Shown here: positions 26,909-40,576 of the stretch, in pieces
How positions within the stretch are numbered: position 1 is the first letter of the stretch
Layout of the letters: every line of letters starts with the position of its first letter
NCBI RefSeq assembly: GCF_006345805.1
Contig: NC_043004.1
Span: 43,152,001-43,216,000, forward strand
DNA from: Octopus sinensis
Taxonomy: Eukaryota
Length of the DNA stretch: 64,000 bases
Direction of reading: 5' to 3'
Program-made: the position numbers and the translations under genes
The notes under the pieces: model-generated
Seen by the model: the letters and a program-made list of their open reading frames with translations, nothing else
Told to the model about the DNA's origin: nothing
Databases searched by the model: none

Positions 26909-28776
26909 CATATGCACATTGTCCGCAACAGTAGCGAATAATTAAAATTATTCTCTAAAATACAGCACTTGTTCGTGCATATACGTTAAAACCACACACA
27001 CACAAAAGCAACAGTTTAATTGACATACACTCAAAGCTATAGACCTATATGGAATGAACAAACGTGGCGCTTCTTATGATAATATTGAATTTTAATTTCC
27101 GACAGGTTTACTTCCCTTTACATCAAAGTCTATTTGCATTTCTTTCTGTATAATGTCTTTGAAATAAATACCATTGGCTTAAACATATATACTAATGTTT
27201 GTACGTGCATATGTTTACATTTAAAACTTTACAGGTACTTGTAATGTGCGGAAATCAATGATATTTACGTCCATATATGTGTGTTTATATTCGCGAGTCA
27301 ATCCGTGCGTATGTATTGGCACATTTATATATCGCGTGTGTTTGTGCATTTTCGTGAGTGTGTGTGAAGATAAATGAATCTGCTTGAAGGTAAGGAACTT
27401 GTATATGAAAGTGAAATTCTATTATTTGTGTTGAAGAAGGTAAAGAGGATTTAGTTATATAAATGGAAGGATATTAAAATGCCCACTATATTGACATGAA
27501 AGTTTACATATTTTTGTGAAAGATTTGCTTAACGCAACCAAGTTAGACGCATCAAGGTTTAAACTTTCTGATCTTCCGTTGACAAATTCAATATATTAGT
27601 GTTATTTATACTGAGCAACTCTATGTCAGGAAGTTTAAACTTTCACCGTCTGATATCATTAAATAACCGTGTATAATATTATCATGCGCGTAACGTAAAT
27701 AGTTTGAAGCACATATATTGCAAGATACAAGAGGGATTAAATGTTAACCAAGAGAATAGAAGTGGAAAATGAAAGAACCGCCTTACACTTTACTATAAAA
27801 GCTGGCTTTTCATCTCATGTAAATAACACAAATGTTATCGTTATATGTCCGTAAATGCATTTCCGTATCCGCTAGCGATCAGATGTTGTACATGAAATGT
27901 TCAGCTGAGAAAGAGAGTTGAAGAAGACGACTTTGAAATCAATGGATCAATTTATTAAACTGATACGATAAGAAAATTGTATTCACTGCAAAATCACATA
28001 GGTAAAAGACAGAGTATATTTTATCGTATTGCATAATATGAGAAATCTATTGAAATAACGAACATGAACATGGGTGGCCGACAATATGCCTAAAAATACT
28101 GAGATAGATAATATTGCAACCGGTATTATTGGTAATCTGTCACCGTATCTCATAGAATCTAAAAGAAAACATAAACTTACACGGAATAAGAGGAAGCAAA
28201 TGTCGACGTATATTAAGTTAGACTAATATTATACCGATATATGTATACATTCAACCATGCATACTCTATTTGGGTGTATGTTTGGCTGTATGTGCATGTG
28301 ATTGTGAATATATGCATATATGCATCGAAGAAATTGAAAGATAAGATAAAGATACAGATACCTTGGTAATATATTCTTTATATTTGTATTCTAGGTGCTG
28401 CTAAATGCAAGCGAAATGTATCTATGCACACATGCACGCTTACACAAGCGTGTGCGCTCGATAAGCAAAGAAACAGATACATTCGCACACGCACGCATAA
28501 TTTTATTTCTGTAATTACATGCATCTTCAAATATGTTTCTGCTACAAATAAGCTCACCCGTATCACGAATTAAGAGTCTATGAACTGTAAGTTTTCTAAG
28601 TAATATTTTATTCACCGAAGAAATTGGAAACAACTATGCCTGTGTCCGCGTTAAAAAAATAAAAAGAAACATATTGGACGCTGTAAGCAACGATGGAAAT
28701 GAAAGAACAACCCTCTACCATTTAGCGCAAAGAATATTTCAAAGAAATCATATAATTTAATAAGTTGATAAGAATG

Positions 28777-28811
<35 letters not shown>

Positions 28812-28828
28812 ATATATTTATGTATATA

Positions 28829-29185
28829 TTCTCTTTTACTCTTTTACTCTTTTACTTGTTTCAGTCATTTAACTGCGGCCATGCTGGAGCACCGCCTTTA
28901 GTAGAGCAAATCGAACCCCCGGGCATACTCTTTGTAAGCCTAGTACTTACCCTATCGGTCTCATTTTGCCGAACCGCTAAGTTACGGGGACGTAAACACA
29001 TCCGCATCGGTTGTCAAGTGATGTTGGGGCGACAAACACAGACACACAAACACACACACACACACACATATATATACATACATACGGCGGGCTTCTTTCA
29101 GTTTCCGTCTACCAAATCAACTCACAAGGCTTTGGTCGGCCCGAGGCTATAGTAGAAAACATTTGCCCAAGCTACTTACCACACA
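28829..29185 (-). mobile_element. SINE family A with internal deletion in the head
   Basis: cccaag joins directly to ctacttacc, i.e. a deletion between two caag microhomologies relative to the other copies. Confidence 0.85.
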
Positions 29186-29293
29186 ATATATATATAAAGG
29201 AAAGAATAAATTGAGTCAAAAGGAGGAGGGAATATAATTCGACAGCTGTTTAATGACCGCTAAACATGTTTCGATACAACACAGATCCACATA

Positions 29294-29694
29294 TACTCTT
29301 TTACTTGTTTCAGTCATTTGACTGCGGCCATGCTGGAGCACCGCCTTTAGTCGAGCAAATCGACCCCGGGACTTATTCTTTGTAAGCCCAGTACTTATTC
29401 TATCGGTCTCTTTTGCCGAACTGCTAAGTGACGGGGAGGTAAACACACCAGCATCGGTTGTCAAGCAATGCTAGGGGGACAAACACAGACAAACAAACAC
29501 ACACACACACACATACATACATATATATACGACAAGCTTCTTTCAGTTTCCGTCTACCAAATCCACTCACAAGGCATTGGTCGGCCCGGGGCTATAGCAG
29601 AAGACACTTGCCCAAGATGCCACACAGTGGGACTGAACCCGGAACCATGCGGTTGGTTAGCAAGCTACTTACCACACAGCCACTCCTGCGCCTA
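29294..29694 (-). mobile_element. SINE family A, full length
   Basis: From the tactcttttacttg tail to the ..cactcctgcgccta head. Confidence 0.9.
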
Positions 29695-29888
29695 TATATA
29701 CAGGATTTAAAATTAAATTAAGTAATGGGTCAGGTCCCACGGCGTGGCATGTTTGGCCTGTGTCTTCTACTGTAGCCTCAGGCAGACACAAGCCTTTTGT
29801 GTGGATATAATCGATGGAGGCGGGAAGAAGTCCGCCGTATATATATATATATATATATATATATCTGGAAATGCCAATGTATATATGT

Positions 29889-29937
<49 letters not shown>

Positions 29938-29943
29938 CATATA

Positions 29944-30006
<63 letters not shown>

Positions 30007-30744
30007 TATCTGGAAATGTCAATGTTCATCCCGCAAAATAACAGCCAGTTTTCATTCAGACGACACCGAATCTTCTGACATAATTCCCCGAAGTGCCTTG
30101 AAAGGCGTTTAAGAGAAGGTAGCATCATTCTATTGTTTCTAAGAACCAGCTCCGTAAAGATATCAATATAGAAAAGCTGAGAAAATGCAGCATTGTGGTA
30201 AAGTTCAAAGAATCTATGAAGATATTCGATATTTAGTTCACCGATTACCCATATATATTGCGAATGTTAGAATATCGTAAAAAAGAAAAAATTACCACAT
30301 AGACGATAGTATATAATTTTATAATTTTAGCATTCCATTTACTGTTTGCAGACAATTGAAAGAATTCTCCTTTTTCTTATATATGTATATTATATATAAT
30401 TATATTAATTCTAAGAGATAACTTCACTTTGTTAATAGAATTTTTGTATAAACATGATTGAAAATTGTTATTCTATATTAGTTAATATATACGAATAGAT
30501 GTTGAGGAAAAATCCATATATACACGTTTTGAAATATAATTAATTAGTTGTCAACTGTAAGATGTCAACTGTTAGAATCCAATCAATTCTAAATTTGAAT
30601 ATATAAAAGAATGACAAAAGTGCATATACTAATAAAATATCAGATATAGTCAGTATGACTGACTATTTATATATTTGAATCAACGATATATATATATATA
30701 CATATATATATATGTGTGTGTGTGTAGTGTGTATATGTATAAAC

Positions 30745-30782
<38 letters not shown>

Positions 30783-30786
<4 letters not shown>

Positions 30787-30871
30787 AGAGTTTACGAAAA
30801 AACAAAAGACGAAGACAGGTGGTGTACAAAACAAACAAATTAGTATAACGCTTAGGAATAGAAAAAGTCTG
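30783..30871 (-). repeat. 3' part of the (TA)n-embedded unit found at 35858-36293
   Basis: Reverse complement agactttttctattcctaagcgttatactaat..gtacaccacctgtcttcgtcttttg..cgtaaactctccc matches 35945-36038; (TA)n on both sides. Confidence 0.8.
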
Positions 30872-30874
30872 TAT

Positions 30875-30930
<56 letters not shown>

Positions 30931-31188
30931 CGTGTGGCTGCGTGTGTGTGTGATTTTGTGAGTGCATGCGCAAGTGAGAGATGGCAATTCAACTACTTTT
31001 GTATGAAAGAAAGTTACTCGAAAGCTAGATTAATGCATAGAATACAATTCCGGAATGTCGTACAATATGATAAATCTCTGTTAATTTCATGTATAAATGT
31101 AATAATGTTAAGAAACAGTCATTGATCATCTTTCGATTGTTTTAATGCACATAAACCGTAATCAATGCAGCGTTATAAAATATCAATA

Positions 31189-32768
31189 TGTGGAGGCCCA
31201 ATGGCCCAGTGGTTAGGGCAGCGAACTCGCGGCCCTAGGGTCGCGGTCCGATTCCCAGACCGGTTGTTGTGTGTAATTATTGAGTGAAAACGCCTAAAGC
31301 TCCACGATTCTCCGGCAGGGGGGGGGGCGGCCCCCGCTGTACTCTTTCGACGCAACTTTCTCTCACTCTTTCTTCTGTTGTCCTGCTCGCTTAGCCAGCA
31401 GGGTGGTGTCATTTGAAGGCTAAAACAATGCGAAGCGCATTGTAACCATGGTTGTGTACGAGGGGCGTTCAATAAGTAAGCCCCTGACCCACTTCCCATA
31501 GCAGTAGAGCAACGAAACTTGGCACAGTTATTAGTCTTTTTCTACTCAGGAACCAACCAGAGTTACGCATTTCTCCCATTGCTTGATGCAGCTCTGGAGA
31601 GCGTTTTTGTAGAAGACCCCAGCTTGGTCCTCCAACCTGAACGTGACTTCAGAAATCAAGGCTGCATCATCTGGGAAACGCTTTCCTTTCAAAAACAACT
31701 TCATGACTGGGAAGAGGTGAAAATCAGAGGGTGCAAGATCAGGAAAGTAGGGGGATGGGGGAGGGGTTCATAGCCATACGCCTGTGCTTCTGATCTGGCG
31801 ACAAGCGAGTTGTGGACCGGAGCGTTGTCCTGCAGGAGGAGGATGCCTTTGCTGATCTTGCCCCGCCTCTTGATTTTGATAACTTCTCTTAATTTCCTCA
31901 AAAGTGAAGCATAATAGGCTCCTGCAATTGTGGTACCCTTTGCCAGGCAATCTGTCATCACTACTCCGTCCTGGTCCCAGAAGACTGTGAGCATGACCTT
32001 GCCAGCGGAGGGCTGCACCCTTGCCTTCTTTGGAGGGGGTGAGTCACGGTGCTTCCACTGCATTGACTGGGCTTTGGTCTCTGGATCATCGTGATGGACC
32101 CAGGTTTCATCCTGTGTAATCAGTCTTTTGAAAAAAGTTTGACTCATCTTCTTGGCACATCTCCAAATTCACCCTCGAGCACTCGACGCGTTCTTGCTTC
32201 TGGAAAGGCGTGAGCAACCTGAGAATCCATTTGGCAGACATCTTTTGCATATGCAAATGGTCATGAATGATAGTTTCCACAGACCCGGAACTAATCTTGA
32301 CCTCATGGGCTATTTGGCGAATAATTATGCGTCGATCTTCCAAAAATGGCAGCCTCAACTTGACGGACAGATGCCTCATCAATGGCAGAAGGGGCGACCA
32401 GATCTGGGAGCTGTTTCCACAGAGTTCCGACCATGTTTGAATTCACAATGCCATCGTTTTACAAGGTCATATGATGGGGCATCATCACCATAATTTACTT
32501 TCATTTCATCAAAAGTCTCCCGTGGTGTGCGTCCTTTCAAATACAAAAACCGGATCACTGCTCGACACTCAACAGGCTCCATTTCACACTTGACTCGGTT
32601 CAAACACCTGTAAATCAGAAACCACAATTAATTCAGAGCTGTAATTTGCCACTTACTCCATAGAGATATAAATGATTGCAACTGCAAGTGGGTCAGAGGC
32701 ATTACTTATTGAACGTCCCTCGTAGCAACATTTGATAGCCTGGTCGGTCATGGTGATCACGGTGATAA
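31189..32768 (+). mobile_element. tRNA-derived SINE family C, split by the mariner insertion (31189-31458 and 32723-32768)
   Basis: A-box-like tggcccagtgg and B-box-like ggtccgattcc; the two halves join to match the uninterrupted copy at 35526-35833. Confidence 0.85.
31459..32722 (-). mobile_element. Full-length (1264 bp) mariner transposon with frameshifted D,D34D transposase
   Basis: TIRs cgaggg(g/a)cgttcaataagtaa(t)gcc(c/t)ctgacccactt; TA TSD at 31457-58 and 32723-24; MEPVECRAVIRFL, QDETWVHH, QDNAPVH..HPPYFPDLAPSD with 34 residues between the last two D after correcting a 1-bp deletion. Confidence 0.95.
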
Positions 32769-33010
32769 TATCAATATGGATTTTATGTATTTTAATATAA
32801 TGTCCTATTTCTTATGTCTGCAAAGTTATTATGCTATCAATGATATTATTGTGATTATAAAATCAGTGGAGCATGGAATGCATATGGTATCGAAACATTA
32901 ATTTGTTATACATCACGTTATATCCACATCAACACACATTGACACACATAAATTTATCAACACCCATCGACATCCTTATTTATAAATTTTGATTTTTGGT
33001 TTTAATTCCT

Positions 33011-33304
33011 ATAGCCAAACTATGTTGTGTTGTTTGTTTCTTCTCGAGCCATGCCAATCACACAAAGGGCATTTCCCCACCTGAACGAGGCGCCAGACCA
33101 TCACAGGTGAGCTGCTAGATGCCGGAGTGAGAGAAAGTTGTAGTGAAAGAGTCAGCAAAATTTTGGCATTACCTTCTGACGATGACGCATGAAGCTGCAG
33201 TGTTTCGCCCATAAGCACAAACATCGTCCGGTCTGGGATTTGAACCTACGGTCCCTCGACAGCGAGTCCGCTGCTTTAAACACTACACCATGTGCCTCCA
33301 AACA
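33011..33304 (-). mobile_element. SINE family C, diverged copy
   Basis: Minus strand head ggaggcacatggtgtagtg..ggttcaaatcccagaccgg; body matches 35526-35833. Confidence 0.75.
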
Positions 33305-33343
33305 TAGCCACCTATATTATAATGTACTTAATATATCATACTA

Positions 33344-33546
33344 TTCTCTTTTACTCTTTTTCAGTCATTTGACTGTGGCCATGCTGGAGCAGCGCCTTTA
33401 GTCGAGCAAATCCACCCCAGGACTTATTCTTTGTAGGCCTAGTACCCATTCTATTCGTCTCTTTTGTCCAACCGCTAAGTTGTAAGAACGTAAAGACACC
33501 AGCATCGATTGTCAAACGATATTGAGGGGACAAACACAGACACACA
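33344..33546 (-). mobile_element. SINE family A, tail half
   Basis: ttcagtcatttgactgtggccatgctggagc..ggacaaacacagacacac. Confidence 0.82.
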
Positions 33547-33757
33547 ATAGGGAATGGCAGAGCAGTATTCTAGCAGATTCCTTGCAGTGCCGTGAAGAAG
33601 GCTTTGCGGCACCGTCATGAACTTTGTATTTCATTATTCCGTGATTGATAAAATAAGCATTTGCTGAGCACAGGCGTCAATGTCGTCGACTGACTCCTAC
33701 CTCTGACATTGGCAGTCATTTTGATATCAATATTAGACAAAGCTTTATGACGCCGGT

Positions 33758-33960
33758 TTGTGGAATCGTTAGCACCCCAGGCAGTATGCTCAGCGGCTTT
33801 TCATTCATCTTTAAGTACTGAGTTCAAATGTCGCCATGTTGTGTTATGCTTTTATCCTTTTCGGTGGCGATAAAATAAGTACCACGTGAACCCTGGTTTC
33901 AATGTAACCGATTTACTCCTTTCACCGAAGTTACTAGAGGTGTGCCAGAATTACAAACCA
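33758..33960 (+). mobile_element. SINE family B, old copy
   Basis: ggaatcgttagcaccccagg..gagttcaaatgtcgcc..gataaaataagtacc. Confidence 0.6.
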
Positions 33961-34075
33961 TTATAATAGGACACCTTTCCTTTATACATTCTTCATTCCT
34001 CCCCGAAACTGCAATATATAAGGCTTCTATCGGTATTTTATTAATAAGTGATATTTATTGTTTTTAACATTTGAA

Positions 34076-34125
<50 letters not shown>

Positions 34126-35445
34126 ATATATATGTGTATATATATATATATATATATTCAGATTAATATGGCACTTAAGTTGAGGCACCAGAATTTAGTA
34201 CGATATTATCCATAGAATTTCAAAATAAGGTGATTAAAATCATAATAAGCAACAAGGATATCCAGAGGTAATGTAGTATGATAGTTTCATGCAATTCCAT
34301 GTAATTGAACAATGCATGTACATAGCTTATTTGTGTTTGTGCATACTTGAGTATGCATATTCCTGTTACGTTACATTTCCAAATGCAACATGAATTAGCA
34401 CTCATTTATCATTCAAAAGGAAGGTGAAATTCACTCTTAAATGCAGTCAAAATGTTAAGTTAAATGATACCTTCTATCAAAAGAAACAAAGTAATAATTC
34501 GGCTTTGATTTTCATTTAATTCTTGTGAACATATTACGTTAATGTACGAATAATTCATAAGAATTTATCAATTTTAATTATCTATTTGTCTAGTAATGTA
34601 GGAAAACCTTTGTATCTGCTTAAAGATTATGTTACACTAGACCACTGAAAATAGGCGAAAATGTTTCTGGTGTTCTTGGACCTACATCATTTAAATCGGA
34701 TTTCCTCCTTGATTATATTATGTAATATAAGCTATGTATATGAGGCGGTGAAATGGGACAGTCCTTCGCACGTCGTGAAAAAATTTTAGCAATATTTCGT
34801 TCGTCTCCAAGCTGTGATTTACATTTCCCGCAGAGGTGGATTTTGCAATTCCTCATTTCGGGGTCTGCAAAGTACGCCCTAGTTGGGTACAGAGGCCAAC
34901 GTTACGACTTACACCCTGCCTCGAAGTTGTTGGCCGCGTGACCAAATTTTAAACCAATATCAATATATAAAAAGCGAAATATATAAGTTAATTATATATT
35001 GTTAAAATTTATTTTGACCGGTTTTACACTCTGCACTTCATCTCACACGTTGACATAAAAAAGTGTACTTACATATGTCAGACGTTGCAAAAGAAAAAAA
35101 CCACACAACTACTGACATTCGGTGGAGATATTTCAAAATATCTCATTAAGCTTCATTACACTGATACACAAGTTATAATGTATTATTTCTTTTTTTATTT
35201 TATATTCTATAAGTATATATATAATCGAACTTTATGAATGAAAAGTAACGTAATGGCAAAAATAATTGCTGCATCAGTGTCTGCATAAAATATTGTGTTG
35301 TTAACATCTACACTTTTTAGATAAAGCCAGACAGAATAATTGATAGGAGTTACGTTTTTACATAAAATCGAACTGTATGGCATCGGGGTCACATAGCTTT
35401 CAAACTCACAAATCTAGCAAAAATAAACACGCGCATAGACACGTA

Positions 35446-35477
<32 letters not shown>

Positions 35478-35525
35478 AATATATACATATACATGCATAC
35501 ATACAGACAGGCGTATATATATATG

Positions 35526-35833
35526 TGTGGAGGCGCAATGGCCTAGTGGTTAGGGCAGCGGACTAGCGGTCGCAGGATCGCGGTTACGATTCCCAGACCG
35601 GGCGTTGTGTGTGTTTATTGAGCGAAAACACCTAAAACCTCCACGAGGCTCCGGCAGGGGGAGGTGATCCCTGCTGTACTCTTTCACCACTCTTTCTCCC
35701 ACTCTTTCTTCTGTTGGCCTGCTCGCTTAGCCAGCGGGGTGGCGTCATTCGAAGGCTAAAACAATGCGAACGCACTGTGACTAGCGATGTTTAACAACAT
35801 CTGATGGTCTGGTCGGTCACGTGAATCACGTGA
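35526..35833 (+). mobile_element. tRNA-derived SINE family C, uninterrupted
   Basis: tggcctagtggttagggcagcggact..ggttacgattcccagacc; ends cacgtgaatcacgtga then (TA)n. Confidence 0.85.
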
Positions 35834-35857
35834 ATATATATATATATATATATATAT

Positions 35858-36036
35858 GATAGATCGTTAGCTACTACAAACATTTTTCTCTCCTTGTTTT
35901 TTCTGTCTACCTTTCTGCCGAAGACTGTAGGCTCGAAACGTAATAGACTTTTTTATATTCCTGAGCGCTATACTAATACCTCTGTTTGTTTGTACACCAC
36001 CTGCCTTCGTCTTTTGTTTTTTTTCGTAAACTTTCC

Positions 36037-36107
<71 letters not shown>

Positions 36108-36293
36108 ATATGATAGATCGTTAGCTACTACAAACATTTTTCTCTCCTTGTTTTTTCTGTCTACCTTTCTGCCGAAGACTGTAGGCTCGAAACGTAATAG
36201 ACTTTTTTATATTCCTGAGCGCTATACTAATACCTCTGTTTGTTTGTACACCACCTGCCTTCGTCTTTTGTTTTTTTTCGTAAACTTTCCCTT
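35858..36293 (+). repeat. Two tandem about 180-bp non-coding units (period 254) in (TA)n, each with a hammerhead-like motif
   Basis: cttt CTGCCGAA gact-gtag-gctc GAA ACGT A atag at 35911-35946 and 36165-36200. Confidence 0.75.
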
Positions 36294-36320
36294 TATATAT
36301 ATATATAATATATATAATAT

Positions 36321-36357
<37 letters not shown>

Positions 36358-38040
36358 GTATAACATAATATAATATAATATAAGGAAAATGTAAAAAAAT
36401 ATCAGTTTATATACATAACAGTAATTTTAAAATCGCCTACGGAAAGTTTCAGTTTCTTACAGAATCTTAACCCGTATCTAAATTATATATTATACATCAC
36501 GTGAACCTTAGATTATGAAACGTTATGGGACATTTTGTAAGGTACATGAAGCATAATAGAAATGAATATGAACATGCATTTTTTAAAAAGAAATAATCAC
36601 GCATACCAAATCACCCATATGTAGGGATGAAGATGACGCATATGCTTGTATAATCAATCTTATAACTTGGTATGTTTAGATATATGGCCAACGTATAATT
36701 GCTTCTCCTTGGGGAACTCTTTCAAATACAACATGGACGTTGTATATTAACGTAGAGCACAATAAAACCACTTCTGTGACGCTCAGTGTCATCCAATGTA
36801 TCCGATTCTATAATCCCACTAAGAGTAGCAAAAGCAGCCTTGTATGCACGAATGATACCAACCGTAAATTCATTAATGCTCTCATATTTTCACTTTATTC
36901 TAAATGAGCTAATAAATACGTTCATGCCCATTTAGGCACAGCCAGCTCTCTGATGACTCATATGGTTTCATCCTTAAATATTTGAAACCCATAAACAAGA
37001 CGAGAATTGTTTTTCTCTATCCATGTGTAGCTAGAGAAGAAAAGCAATTATTCTACTAGCATACATAGCAATTATAGATGTGCGAGTTATCATAGAATAT
37101 AAAGCCGAAGCTACTCAGTAACATAAACTTTGACGGTGATATTAGAAGTTAATTTGACAGATGAGACATGGTTCTATTTTTTGCAATGATAAACTGTTTG
37201 AACCTTGGAAAAATGTACACTATTGCACCGAGTATACGCCGTATAATCACTGTACTTAAACAAACGCATTCTTACACCGACGCTCTCACATATACTGTTC
37301 ATGCGGTCTAAGTGCTGAAGCTGTAAATTGTCTAAGCATTATTTCTTCCACTCACGCAGAAACACATCTCATCTGCAGAAAAGGCTTACTGTACATTTTA
37401 AATGGAAAAAAAACTTTCCATTTATTTTCCAGAAAATTTGCTCCCCCATATTTCAGTGTTCACGTTTCTCAAAAAGTGTAGTCAATCAACGATACCTTCA
37501 AATTATAAAAAAATACAAGCCATATCAAAACACTTTTTCGCTAAATGAAAATACATCGGTACTTACATCTTAACGAGTACAACATTGAGAGTAGGTTCGT
37601 TATATATGAACAAAATATAAGACTTCAAAGCATACCACAAATATTGATCGCTTATACTACCACGGGATTCATTTACATTATTTCAAATGTTATGTAATGC
37701 AAATATCAGTTCCATAAAAGGTATCTTTTACGGAAGTCCGTATGGTATGCCTAGTACTTCCAAAACATATACATCAGCATACAGCCTGTCGTCGAATGGG
37801 AAACTGAGCTGCGATAAGGCTTGGTTGTAATATAAAAATACTGAAAATGAAGACATCATTGGTAAAGTATTAAGGTCACCATTATCATTAAAATCTAATT
37901 TGACTCTACAACTTTCCAAGAGAGACGATTGATCAATTATGACCAATAAGTGGTACTCGACTATATTAAATGTATGGTATACCAGCCTCAATCAAAAAAT
38001 GAACGCCGAATAGAGTTATCGTCATGAAAAATTTGAATAA

Positions 38041-40206
38041 CACTGGGCAACAGAATTTTATTCTGGTGCCTGGAATATTTCAATGAATTCTTAAGTGATT
38101 TTGCCTGCTAAATTGAAAACTAACATCGGGGGTCTTCTATCAGATCTAGTTTTCTGCCTAGACCTGATACAGTAATTATTGTATTCATACAAGAGGCATA
38201 TAATATGAATCAATAAAGAGAGCGTAACACAAAACAAAACAAATTACAAATAAAAATTAAAAATTGAAAATGCACATCGGCAAAGATGTTTGGCAGTAAA
38301 GTCAAGGAATAAATTTACGCTTGTTTGTGCACCGTGACTCTTGAGCAGCAGAAGTATCTCGTTTTAAACACCAGCAATAGTCTGCCATCATCACAGCGTC
38401 TCAACGTTCTTGGTACACAGTTTCCATCTCCTTGATCTCCCGAGGGAATCGTTCGCCTTGTTCATCGGTAACATCTGCGAGATATTCAGGAATGCGATCA
38501 CGATGACTAAAAAGATAATGCATTTTGATGCACATAATCGCGCCAGTACAGTATCACGAAAAGTTGATATCAAGTTGGTAACAAGGTCTTTATATTTTCC
38601 AATTTTTGTTTCCGAAAGAAATTTTGCACCACATCTGCAAATGCTAACCAAGCCAATACTTCGTTTTCGTTCATCGTTTTCATGAAATTTGTGTCCTTCA
38701 AGAGCTTACGGATCTGTGGTCCATCAAAAATACCTATTTTAAGTTTTTCAATTATCATGTCTGGGAATACACTCTAGATATACTTGAAACACTCCCCATT
38801 TTTTGTCAAGAGCTTTTACGAATTGCTTGATCAATCCAAGAGGGTAAATGATCTTATCTCGCTCAGCTAAAAATTCTTCCAATGTATTGGCAGCTCTACA
38901 TGGAGCCATTATCGTTTGAGGGTGCCAGTCTTTTTTTTTAACATAGTGGTTTACGTGGTCTATACTGTCCCACATGCAAAGAAAGCCTGAGTATGTGGTA
39001 TAACCAGATTCCTCTCCTATAAGAAAATTTACCATCTTTAAGTCAACGCAGATGACAAATTTATGATAATGATAACGTAACCTCTTTAGAACCAACTTAA
39101 TTCATATTTTACTTCAGAGTTGTTGAGCGGCTGACTGGGACAAAGCCACACAGATTCCCGATGAGCAACAATACACATTTTAAACTACTCTTAGAGCTGT
39201 CTATGAAAATACGCCGTTCATCTTGTTTGTATTCTTCGCTACCAAGTATTTTAAGAAGCCAGCTGACATCTCTGCAGTAAACCAGCGCTTTCGCTTTTGT
39301 AAAAAAAGAAAGGAACTCTTCATGCCGAATCCGATAATAAAAAGGTTATACGGACACCATTCTTTAGAAGATTCTTTCCTTTCAGTCAAGAAACCAACCG
39401 TTCTGCAGAATGTTTTGGAAGGTTCAAGTCACAAACTAGATCATTCAGCTCAGGTAAGGTCTCAACTGAAAACTCTTGATCTCTAGTGTCATCTTCAGGT
39501 GATAAATCTTCTTTGGTAGAGGGTGAAGTTATCTGATGAATGACACTGAAGACAAGAACAGGAAGCTCTTCAGTGTTGAGCCGGTCTAATAGCAGAGGCA
39601 AGGTTAGAATAGACGAGCGTTTGTCTTGTTTTCCGGCTAGTACCCTTTAAACTTAGGTTACAAAAATAACAGCCGTCCATGAAATTATAGGGATCCCGCA
39701 ATACCATTGAAGCATACCTCAAACTTTTCCTTGTCCTTTTACTCCATCGTCACAAATGTTCTTTACGTTGTTTGGAGACACTATGCAGTGTCCAATATTT
39801 ATCTTGGTCTCCCAGCTTCATACCATAACATACTATATGCACATTTTCATCAAAATCAGTGATGTTTTTTTCTATTTTCAGGTAATGTGTATTCTCCACG
39901 AAAATAGCAAACATATTTGGAGAATTAACGCAACACCATCTTGCGGAGGGCATCTTACTCATTTTCTATTGCTTAGTTCACCACAACATCTAAATAGTAT
40001 GGAAAAAGAATAAAATTTGGAATTTGAATAAGGTAACAAACACTAAGTACTAGACGTACACACATACATAGTGACTAAAGAAGTGCTAAATAACTTCAAA
40101 AGTAGATGGAATAGGTCAAGAGGAAGGCTATATTTGGATTCAGTAGACCAGTGATGTATAGAAATGATGTCTATTTCCGAAACTTCATAACCCTTGTAGG
40201 CCAGTG
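38041..40206 (-). mobile_element. Degenerate DNA transposon, superfamily unassigned
   Basis: Frameshifted pieces CVNSPNMF, KLGDQDKYW, ELNDLVCDLNL, CVDLKMVNFL..GYT..FLCMWDS, LGLIKQFVKALD, GIFDGPQIRKL, DEQGERF. Tentative termini cactgggcaaca / tgtaggccagtg followed by TA. Confidence 0.7.
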
Positions 40207-40342
40207 TAATAGGTTCTTTCAAATAAATAATCTTCACGAAAGGTTTGTTATTTTCCAACATGTTTCATACAAAACAGTGCAATGCTTATCTATATGCTCA
40301 TATACATTTTTAAAAATCTGTAGAATAAAAATATATTTATTA

Positions 40343-40576
40343 ACTCTAAAGCCTAGCCAGGCCCGGTTTCCCGATTTCAATGGTGTATGTGTTCCCCAGC
40401 TGGACGGGACGCCAGTCTATCGCAGCGTTACTCATTTTTGCTAGCTGAGTGGACTGGAGCAACGTGAAATTAAGTGTTTTGCTCAAGACCACAACGCGTC
40501 GCCCGGTCCAGGAATCGAAACCACGAACGTACGATCATGATGCTAACACCTTAACCACTAAGCCACGCGCCTCCAC
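40343..40576 (-). mobile_element. tRNA-derived SINE family D
   Basis: Minus strand head gtggaggcgcgtggcttagtgg..ggtttcgattcctgg; core gctccagtccactcagc..gcgatagactggcgtcccgtccag. Confidence 0.75.

Noticed and set aside
31189-31265. tRNA-like A/B boxes in SINE heads (families A-D)
   Set aside because: No complete cloverleaf, and each continues into a SINE body; not called as tRNA genes.
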